Below, one piece after another: positions 1 through 5,697 of a stretch of 5,697 bases of DNA. A program made the translations under genes and the position numbers. The notes beneath the pieces are model-generated. The model did not search any database, was not told the DNA's origin, and saw only the letters and a list, made by a program, of their open reading frames with translations. The stretch is from a virus. The stretch is taken from UHGV virus genome UHGV-0213090, one strand, 5' to 3'. How positions within the stretch are numbered: position 1 is the stretch's first letter; the number at the start of each line of letters is the position of its first letter.

Positions 1-71
1 ATGTCTATTAAAAATTTTTCTTTCTTATTTTCAGCTTCAAAGCATTTCAAATTCGCTTTCTGTGATTTCAT
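1..71 (-). CDS. 5' part of a 61-aa hypothetical protein spanning the circular junction (join 71..1, 5697..5583)
   Basis: ATG at 71; MKSQKANLKCFEAENKKEKFLID runs off the window start and continues in frame from 5697. Confidence 0.7.
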   Translation of the reverse strand, partial: MKSQKANLKCFEAENKKEKFLID

Positions 72-207
72 GATTGTGTTTTTTTCTTATTATCTCCATC
101 TCCGCCTCCAACCACCATACCTCCCTTACAATCTCCTCCTTCCGCCGCATCATTTTTGCATACTTATCTTTAATGTTTTTAATTCTCATTTCTTTAAGAT
201 TCTCCAT
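37..207 (-). CDS. Hypothetical 56-aa charged helical protein
   Basis: Part of track ORF 37..243. I prefer the ATG at 207 (MENLKEMRIKNIKDKYAK...), which is preceded by AAGGAGGAATTGAAA and overlaps the previous stop by 14 nt. The start is uncertain. Confidence 0.6.
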   Translation of the reverse strand: MENLKEMRIKNIKDKYAKMMRRKEEIVREVWWLEAEMEIIRKKHNHEITESEFEML

Positions 208-355
208 TTTCAATTCCTCCTTCGCCATCATATTCATACTCAACTTCTTTTCTAATAATGCCCTTTTTGTTCCATTTCTTTTTTTTCTTTTTCAGTTTTC
301 CCTTGTGGTAAATTCCCAGTGTGAGAATTTTTGCCATGATTTCATACCATTTCAT
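194..355 (-). CDS. Hypothetical 53-aa Lys-rich protein (not in supplied ORF track)
   Basis: Manual translation: MKWYEIMAKILTLGIYHKGKLKKKKKKWNKKGIIRKEVEYEYDGEGGIENGES*. The ATG follows an A-rich leader 11 nt after the previous stop, the same spacing as at the VP1/scaffold junction. Confidence 0.6.
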   Translation of the reverse strand: MKWYEIMAKILTLGIYHKGKLKKKKKKWNKKGIIRKEVEYEYDGEGGIENGES

Positions 356-366
356 TTTTTTTGTTT

Positions 367-645
367 TCAATTTTTCCAGAGTTCAATATATCCTTTAAAT
401 TTTATATAATTTTTATAAATTTTCCCTACTTTAAGATGTAGTTCTGGCATTTCATTTTTTTCCGCCCAATATTCTATTCGTCCCAATATTCTTGCAAATT
501 CTACATTTGTCTCGTTCCCCTTTCGTTTAAAGCTTTCGATTTGATGCTCTTCTTTTCCCCATTTGATATATACGTCGTTTCCATATACATACACTTGGTT
601 TTCGATGAAAAAATTGATTGTTGCATCTGTCATGTTGTAAATCAT
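367..645 (-). CDS. Hypothetical protein, 92 aa
   Basis: ATG ORF on the coding strand directly downstream of the predicted promoter; fills the space without overlap; no recognisable family. The start could be the second Met. Confidence 0.75.
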   Translation of the reverse strand: MIYNMTDATINFFIENQVYVYGNDVYIKWGKEEHQIESFKRKGNETNVEFARILGRIEYWAEKNEMPELHLKVGKIYKNYIKFKGYIELWKN

Positions 646-679
646 AGTTATAAGTATTAATTGGTTTATTTTGTTATTA

Positions 680-710
680 CAAATATAGGTATTTATTTTA
701 TATTTTCTAG
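680..710 (-). promoter_or_regulatory. Bacteroidetes-type sigma-A promoter (-7 element TATATTTG) upstream of the small-ORF cluster
   Basis: Minus strand 687-680 reads TATATTTG, an exact TAnnTTTG match, in the gap between the rep stop and the ATG at 645. The -33 position (19-nt spacer) holds only a degenerate CTAG instead of TTTG. Confidence 0.65.
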
Positions 711-1634
711 TTTTTTTAGTGTTTTTTTGTATTGTTTTTCATTATAGTTTTCTGGTTTTCCATAACCTGCTATTTTATCTCGTTCTCTTTCAAATAGTTG
801 CTTTCGCTCAAATCTTTTCAATTCGTCTCTCGTTCTTGTGTAGAATTTTTCGCCCTTACAAAATCTCACATTCTCATCTAGTAAATTTAACCACATTTGC
901 TCTCGTTCTTCTTCGTTGAATATCTTATTTCTTAAATATATAGGTATGTCTATTTTGTATCCTTTGGAATTTCTTATCCAATATTGTTTTTTTCGTCTAA
1001 TGTTTTCGATTTCTGCCTTCCCAAGTTTTGTACCAATGCCTTTACTTGCTAGAATTGTCGTTTTAAATTCTTCGTGTTTCTTATCCACCTTGAATATGTA
1101 TTTCGTCAAATATCCGATTGTGCCTGTGCGATATTCTCCGATATCAACTATTCCATACCCCCATTTTTCTTGTAGTTCGTTAAAATATTCTTCTTTATCC
1201 ATCCAGAAAATAGCGTGCAAATGCAATCTTTCTGTCCCGTTTCCGCCTCTTTCGCTTATTATGAAGTATCTTGGTGTTTTCTTATATTTTTTTTCCCATC
1301 TTTTCGAGAATAGTCTAACACTTTCTTTTACTATTCCATCGTATATGTCTTTGTCTTTTCTGTTTTCATTTTTTCTCACTCTTTCTTCCAATTTGTTTAA
1401 GCTTTCGTCGTTATATGTCATTGTTACAAACCGCGGTATCGCGTTATTATTCATTATTTCTTTTTCTAGTCTAAACGCCCAGTTTCTAGCTTTCTTTTGT
1501 CGACATTCCGAGCACTCCCCACAGCCTACTGCTATGTATTTAAGCCTTTCATCACGGCATTCTGGAATTATCCCACCATTTTTGATGTTCGCTTTATACT
1601 TTGGGTTTTTTATTAATTGAGGATATAGACACAT
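693..1634 (-). CDS. VP4: Rolling-circle replication initiation protein (VP4, HUH endonuclease), 313 aa
   Basis: N-terminal MCLYP and CGECSEC...W..RL Cys motif, RCR motif I FVTMTY, motif II HLH (RLHLHAIFW), W.YG, motif III YLTKY with two tyrosines, SKGIG, IPIYLRNKIF. Confidence 0.97.
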   Translation of the reverse strand: MCLYPQLIKNPKYKANIKNGGIIPECRDERLKYIAVGCGECSECRQKKARNWAFRLEKEIMNNNAIPRFVTMTYNDESLNKLEERVRKNENRKDKDIYDGIVKESVRLFSKRWEKKYKKTPRYFIISERGGNGTERLHLHAIFWMDKEEYFNELQEKWGYGIVDIGEYRTGTIGYLTKYIFKVDKKHEEFKTTILASKGIGTKLGKAEIENIRRKKQYWIRNSKGYKIDIPIYLRNKIFNEEEREQMWLNLLDENVRFCKGEKFYTRTRDELKRFERKQLFERERDKIAGYGKPENYNEKQYKKTLKKLENIK

Positions 1635-1649
1635 CGTGTATAAATTTAT

Positions 1650-1740
1650 GCGACAAATCGACGGAGGAGAGATAACGCGGAATGCCGAATAACGAAGTTA
1701 TTCAAATTATCGTTATCTCGGGCGAGGCCGTCGATGTCGC
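1650..1740. repeat. Long interrupted inverted repeat (three nested stems) in the VP2-VP4 intergenic region
   Basis: GCGACA(aa)TCGACGG 1650-1664 pairs with CCGTCGATGTCGC 1728-1740; GAGATAACG 1669-1677 pairs with CGTTATCTC 1711-1719; GAATAAC 1687-1693 pairs with GTTATTC 1697-1703; loop GAA. Confidence 0.9.
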
Positions 1741-1799
1741 GGTTGTTTTATTGATACTTTCCCCGCCAAAAAGTACCGTCTTTTTGTGCGTTGGTTTGC

Positions 1800-2780
1800 T
1801 TATTTTTTCTCGTTCAGTTCTTTAACTATTTGTTTAAATTTCCCTATTTTCGTAAATGCGCCCGCTACGTCACCTCCCGCTTCAACTGTTCGTAATGCTA
1901 AGTTTACCCATGTCAACCAGTTCGTCTCATCGCCCGTCTCTAATGCTATTTTTCTCGCCTGTGCTTCAACGCTTTCTCTTGTTGTTTGCGCGTTATATGC
2001 CTCGATGCATAGTTCGGCGAAATAATACTTCGCTTTTTCGTCTGTCAGTTTTTTCATTGCATCATAATAATCTGCTTCTCCCTCTTCTTTTGCAACTTCC
2101 GCTGTTTTTTTCGCTATGTCCAGTAAAATTTCCTGCCCTTTAATAGAACCATTCCAAAAATAAAATGTTCTTCCCAAAATATCATCTTTGAATATTTGCA
2201 TTTCGTTTGGGTTACTGAAATTGTTCTCCCATTTTAATGTTGTCTCTATCCTTTCAAAGAATCTTATTGTTGCTCTCGAAGAAGCTTCCGATATTATGTA
2301 TTTTGCCGTTTTGTCTATAATATCTGCTTCTTTGTTCGTTTTATTTGCATCAGCTTCTATCCTATTTTTTTCCGCCTCCACTTTTTCTTTTTCTTTCTTT
2401 AACAATTCCTCTTGCGCGTTGTTAAGTTTTATTTGCGACAAATTCATTGCCGATACCGATAACGGATTTTCTATTCCGTTTCCCTGTGATACACTCGCTG
2501 CTGGTGCATTTGCCGATATTCCTTGTGTACTTCCTGCCTTTCCTCCATACATCAATCCGACACTTAATCCCGCGGCTTCTAAGTTTCTTCTTATTGCCGC
2601 TGGTGTATTCATTTCATATTGTTGTTTATATAATTCCATATTTCTTTTCGCTGCCGCTTGCGCTCCTGCCTCATTCAATTCGTACTGCTGTCGCATTTGT
2701 TCTTCTTTTGTCGTTTTCGATATGCCCAGTCCTATTGCATCTTTCAAAATATCTAATCCTAATGCTACTCCCTCGTTCAT
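1800..2780 (-). CDS. VP2: DNA pilot protein (VP2 / phiX174 H-like), 326 aa
   Basis: Gly/hydrophobic N-terminus (GVALGLDILKDAIGLGI), Gln/Ala-rich helix, motif NTPAAIRRNLEAAGLSVGLMYG typical of microvirus pilots, Gly/Ser/Ala linker, then a long coiled-coil-like segment (SQIKLNNAQEELLKKEKEKVEAE...). Confidence 0.92.
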   Translation of the reverse strand: MNEGVALGLDILKDAIGLGISKTTKEEQMRQQYELNEAGAQAAAKRNMELYKQQYEMNTPAAIRRNLEAAGLSVGLMYGGKAGSTQGISANAPAASVSQGNGIENPLSVSAMNLSQIKLNNAQEELLKKEKEKVEAEKNRIEADANKTNKEADIIDKTAKYIISEASSRATIRFFERIETTLKWENNFSNPNEMQIFKDDILGRTFYFWNGSIKGQEILLDIAKKTAEVAKEEGEADYYDAMKKLTDEKAKYYFAELCIEAYNAQTTRESVEAQARKIALETGDETNWLTWVNLALRTVEAGGDVAGAFTKIGKFKQIVKELNEKK

Positions 2781-2820
2781 TTTTTTTCGCTATTTTTTTT
2801 GTTAAAAAAATTGATACATA

Positions 2821-2840
2821 CATTCTTGTTTATATAGTAC
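2821..2840 (+). other. Candidate rolling-circle origin / Rep nick site (CATTCTTG^TTTATATAGTAC)
   Basis: Intergenic CTTG followed by an AT-rich spacer, loosely similar to phiX174 CAACTTG^ATATTAATAAC and pC194-type TCTTG^ATA. The match is imperfect and lies on the non-coding strand. Confidence 0.35.
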
Positions 2841-2868
2841 AGATGTCCACCATAGGTGTTTTCTTTTG

Positions 2869-2904
2869 AAAATACCCCCTTGTCATTAGCATGACAAGGA
2901 GGTA
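2869..2904 (-). terminator. Putative rho-independent terminator after the capsid/scaffold genes
   Basis: Minus-strand RNA reads UACCUCCUUGUCAU-GCUA-AUGACAAGGGGGUA-UUUU, a 14-bp stem whose only irregularity is a U-G wobble (a C/A mismatch on the + strand). It lies 22 nt after the stop at 2927. The U-tract is short. Confidence 0.65.
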
Positions 2905-2926
2905 GCGTCTGTGGCTCGCTGCGCGA

Positions 2927-3196
2927 TTACTCTTTAATTGCTTGTTTTTCTTCGCTTTTTGCGGTTTTATTTCGTTCGTATTCGTTTAATTTATTTTTCG
3001 CATCCTGCGCCACGTCAAATCTATCAGTGCGTATGTTATATTCTGGCATCACTCCGTCTTTTCTATTTGTATAGATTAGTTGGAATTCTTGTCCTATTTT
3101 CTCTTTGTTTTGCAAAACTTTACGCAATTTTTCTTCGATTGTTTCTCCTACCTCTGTCATATTGACAGAGATAGGAGTTTTCCACTTTGTTTTCAT
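2927..3196 (-). CDS. Conserved microvirus small protein downstream of capsid (putative internal scaffolding, VP3-like), 89 aa
   Basis: GETIEEK...IYTNRKDGVMPEYNIRTDRFDVAQDA matches a motif I recognise from Alpavirinae-like genomes. It starts 11 nt after the VP1 stop, behind an A-rich leader. The scaffold role is inferred from position and size only. Confidence 0.8.
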   Translation of the reverse strand: MKTKWKTPISVNMTEVGETIEEKLRKVLQNKEKIGQEFQLIYTNRKDGVMPEYNIRTDRFDVAQDAKNKLNEYERNKTAKSEEKQAIKE

Positions 3197-3207
3197 TTTT
3201 TTTTATT

Positions 3208-5301
3208 TTATAGGTTTGGTATTTGGTTTGCTGACATTACTCGCCTTGCATTGCATTTTATATCTATTTGTACCCAGAAATTTTTCGAATCAATTTTTGT
3301 GTTCGCAAATGCTTTATTATAGAGCCTCGGGTCTATGTATGTCGTTATATCCTCCACTCTTCCTGTTATGCCGTCGTACGAATAGCCCCTATTGAGTACC
3401 ATCCATTCCAACTCTCCTCCATATGCGAAACCTCCATATGATTCATCCACATTTGTCTGATACTGTATCCAGCTTGGCTGTTTTCCTGCAGAAAATTTTT
3501 GTACAATACCGTTTCTGTTTATTATAGTATCTTCCGCTGCGAATTCCTCCGTAATGAGGTCTTGAAATCCTATTCCGTCCAAGCTTGGTTTATGTAAATC
3601 ATCCATCGTGTCCAATACCGTAAACCATTTATTACCCTGACTATACATTACCCTTGGCGTTATACTTTCTAGAATCATTAAAATGGAAGGTTCTTCTATA
3701 TGCACATGTATTGTACCTCTTCCTTTTTTGAATTTATCGCCACTTCCTCGTCCTGCAAGGCTTCCCAATGGTGAGTTTTGGTTCGACGATAACTGTACAA
3801 CTTCATCGAAGACAATTTCGCTCGACATTCCACCCTCGTATATAGGTGATTCTGGCAGGTTGATTGTTTTTTGACCCCATACTGCTTCTTGCCAGTCGTT
3901 ATAACTTCCGCCTGAAATCGCTATTCTATTCAGCATGTAGAATATTTTTTTCTGCATAATCAATGCGTCCATTGTGATTTGGCCTTCTTCGACTTTTACT
4001 GCACTTATTTCGTTTATTCCATTGCTACCTTCTATCCATTCTTTCGACAACCAATTGTTGAACCTGTCCGAAATATATGTTTTCAAACCCAAGCCTGCTT
4101 GTGAGTAGCTAGCTCCGATTGTCTCCGTCATACTCCCTATGTATACACCTCTTGTCGTCGCGTTATATGGACTATTGGCGCCCGGACTCGTTTCATCACT
4201 ATTAATTATTGCTGGCGTCGAGTTGTCATGTTTAAGTATCCAGTCTCTCATGTCGTCAATTTTTGACAACTGAAATTGCTCTATCTGCAATATATCTCCT
4301 TTTTGTATGAAAGGTGTCTGTTTCAGTATTTGTTCAGCTTGAAATATATAAAAACTGGATTGCTCCTTCAATTGCACTTGCAATCTCCACTGTGTTGATG
4401 AGATTTGTGTTAAATTCCACATCGGGCGTTCATATCCTTTTGGTATTATCGTTATTAAATCACTAATCAATGTACCGTCTTCATTTCCAATTATTGGGTC
4501 TTGTATGAGGTTTAGCCGTATGCCTTTTATGCTTTCTTCCGCGGCCTCTTCTGATGTTTCTATTAAAATACTTCCATTATTACTACTCTCCGCTCCATAA
4601 TATTTCAAGTACAACTCAACTGGCATTGTCCACCCGTTCTTTTTATTCAGTTCTACCTCATTATTACTTACTGACTCAAATGTTGGAGCTCCTTTTAACG
4701 TTATTGTCGTTATTGTTGTCAAATTGTCACCCCTCGGCGCAATTACCATTCCTATCTCTTCTTGCTTATTTGCGTAGTAATTTTTATAAATATCCCAATA
4801 CGCCAATTCAAAAATCGCTGGAAATTTCCTATTTGCTGCCTCGGTTTCCATCGCTTCTTTTGTACCCAACCCTCGTATTCCTAGGTATGCGGTTAGGCTA
4901 TCATTACTTATTTTTATCTTATTTGCCGCATTCCAAGTTGAGTACTCAACTTTTGGTAAATAAACCTTCGACATATTCAGCCCAATACCCAACGCATTAT
5001 TGTGAAGCATCGCGTTATATAAGCGAATTGGTATTTTATATACATCTATTTGATGTTTGAATGTTCCAAATATTGGCCCATTTGTCGGTAGTGTTCGGAT
5101 TTTGCTATCCAACTCAATATAATAATCGGTTCCGTTTGTTGCTACGTCCACAAAGCACGGTATGATTGTCCCTGTCGCTTGGTCTGTCGCGAATATTCTT
5201 CCAATATCATGCGTGCTTCTATTAAATCCATGAAGTTCAACTTCCATTTTACCTTCGGTTCCAACTCTGTCGCCTCCGAGTGTCTTCTTGATTGTTGTCA
5301 T
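3208..5301 (-). CDS. VP1: Major capsid protein (VP1 / phiX174 F-like), 697 aa
   Basis: N-terminus KTLGGDRVG...HGFNRSTHD, PIRLY, LAYWDIYKNYYANKQEE, GLGLKTYISDRFNNWL, LNRIAISGGSYNDW, DDLHKPSLDGIGFQDL and C-terminus NFWVQI...RRVMSANQIPNL are motifs I recognise from Bacteroidetes-type microvirus capsids. Confidence 0.97.
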   Translation of the reverse strand: MTTIKKTLGGDRVGTEGKMEVELHGFNRSTHDIGRIFATDQATGTIIPCFVDVATNGTDYYIELDSKIRTLPTNGPIFGTFKHQIDVYKIPIRLYNAMLHNNALGIGLNMSKVYLPKVEYSTWNAANKIKISNDSLTAYLGIRGLGTKEAMETEAANRKFPAIFELAYWDIYKNYYANKQEEIGMVIAPRGDNLTTITTITLKGAPTFESVSNNEVELNKKNGWTMPVELYLKYYGAESSNNGSILIETSEEAAEESIKGIRLNLIQDPIIGNEDGTLISDLITIIPKGYERPMWNLTQISSTQWRLQVQLKEQSSFYIFQAEQILKQTPFIQKGDILQIEQFQLSKIDDMRDWILKHDNSTPAIINSDETSPGANSPYNATTRGVYIGSMTETIGASYSQAGLGLKTYISDRFNNWLSKEWIEGSNGINEISAVKVEEGQITMDALIMQKKIFYMLNRIAISGGSYNDWQEAVWGQKTINLPESPIYEGGMSSEIVFDEVVQLSSNQNSPLGSLAGRGSGDKFKKGRGTIHVHIEEPSILMILESITPRVMYSQGNKWFTVLDTMDDLHKPSLDGIGFQDLITEEFAAEDTIINRNGIVQKFSAGKQPSWIQYQTNVDESYGGFAYGGELEWMVLNRGYSYDGITGRVEDITTYIDPRLYNKAFANTKIDSKNFWVQIDIKCNARRVMSANQIPNL

Positions 5302-5302
5302 T

Positions 5303-5578
5303 TTATTTTGTTTTATCGTTATTCATTTTATTTATTTCGTTAAAGTATATATACGACATAATCGGGATAATCGTATATATGTTTTTTGGTTTTATCAAAA
5401 AATCTTCAATTTCTCTAATTGTTTTGAATTTTTCCTTATACACCATATTTTTCCCAAATGTTATTACATAACCTGCCTCTGTTTTTACCGCTGTTAATGG
5501 TGCGTTTTTTAGTCTAATGATACTCTTTTCTTTGTCAATTTTTACGTTTTTTACATTGACTTCGACTTCTTTTTCCAT
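5303..5578 (-). CDS. Conserved hypothetical protein immediately upstream of capsid, 91 aa
   Basis: APLTAVKTEAGYVITFGKNMV...FKTIREIEDFL resembles the small pre-capsid ORF I recall from Alpavirinae-like genomes. Stop-A-ATG (TAAAATG) junction with VP1 suggests translational coupling. Confidence 0.8.
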   Translation of the reverse strand: MEKEVEVNVKNVKIDKEKSIIRLKNAPLTAVKTEAGYVITFGKNMVYKEKFKTIREIEDFLIKPKNIYTIIPIMSYIYFNEINKMNNDKTK

Positions 5579-5582
5579 TTTC

Positions 5583-5697
5583 TTATTGTATTAGTTTAAT
5601 TTCTATGTATACGATTTTTATATAAATGTTCCATTTATCTTCTTTTATCTTTTTTCCGTAATAAAAGCAATTATTTCCTAGTACTTCGCCTGTTTCG
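5583..5697 (-). CDS. 3' part of the junction-spanning 61-aa hypothetical protein
   Basis: Continues (I)ETGEVLGNNCFYYGKKIKEDKWNIYIKIVYIEIKLIQ* with TAA at 5585-5583, 4 nt before the next ATG at 5578. The join creates IDIETGEVL. Confidence 0.7.
   Translation of the reverse strand, partial: ETGEVLGNNCFYYGKKIKEDKWNIYIKIVYIEIKLIQ

Larger units (their letters stand above)
1..5697 (-). mobile_element. Complete circular Microviridae (ssDNA phage) genome, Alpavirinae-like, probable Bacteroidetes host
   Basis: Co-oriented capsid, pilot and HUH Rep genes; length typical of microviruses; no host genes; an ORF runs in frame across the 1/5697 junction. Subfamily and host are inferred from VP1 terminal motifs and a TAnnTTTG promoter. 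Confidence 0.95.

Noticed and set aside
208..243. TTG start at 243 for the 37..243 ORF
   Set aside because: It overlaps deeply with the 53-aa ORF. The ATG at 207 gives a short, coupled overlap and is preferred, though not proven.
1..409. Plus-strand ORFs 1..255 and 74..409, plus the other short + ORFs in the track
   Set aside because: They are antisense to a tiled set of minus-strand genes and have no supporting signals.
916..1620. 234-aa plus-strand ORF antisense to rep
   Set aside because: Shadow frame of VP4. The Phe/Leu/Ser-rich composition follows from the T-rich, A-poor strand, which has few stop codons; no motif is present.
1669..1719. Integron attC site or CRISPR repeat interpretation of the hairpin
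   Set aside because: The boxes do not fit the RYYYAAC/GTTRRRY consensus, there is no cassette context, and there is no repeat-spacer array.
2188..2805. 205-aa plus-strand ORF (and overlapping 140-aa ORF 2447..2869) antisense to the pilot gene
   Set aside because: Same shadow-ORF effect; the apparent hydrophobicity is compositional and opposite to the genome's single coding direction.
2780..2812. TTTTGTTAAAA as a XerD arm of a dif-like integration site
   Set aside because: It resembles TTATGTTAAAT only within homopolymer tracts, and there is no XerC-like arm at the right spacing. I found no convincing dif/att site or integrase, so a temperate lifestyle is unsupported.
5284..5294. TTCTTGATT as an alternative nick-site motif
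   Set aside because: It lies inside the first codons of VP1 and is explained by Ile-Lys-Lys codons; there is no independent support.
5640..5697. Terminal direct repeat between window ends
   Set aside because: No end-to-start duplication is visible; circularity is inferred from the in-frame junction ORF instead.

Overview
The window appears to be a complete, circularly permuted 5697-nt genome of an ssDNA microvirus (Microviridae). It most resembles the Bacteroidetes-associated Alpavirinae-like lineages. All credible genes lie on the minus strand, in this order: major capsid VP1 (697 aa), conserved 89-aa ORF (putative scaffold), terminator and putative origin region, DNA pilot VP2, structured intergenic hairpin, HUH replication initiator VP4, Bacteroidetes-type promoter, five tightly packed small ORFs, then back to VP1. 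Two of the small ORFs are missing from the supplied ORF track. One of these reads in frame across the end/start junction, which supports circularity and completeness. The most interesting signals are a 91-nt three-stem hairpin upstream of rep, and a set of clues (T-rich non-coding strand, CTTG nick-like motif, cGAAg triloop) suggesting that the packaged strand could be the non-coding strand. All family assignments come from motif recognition by eye; no database search was run.
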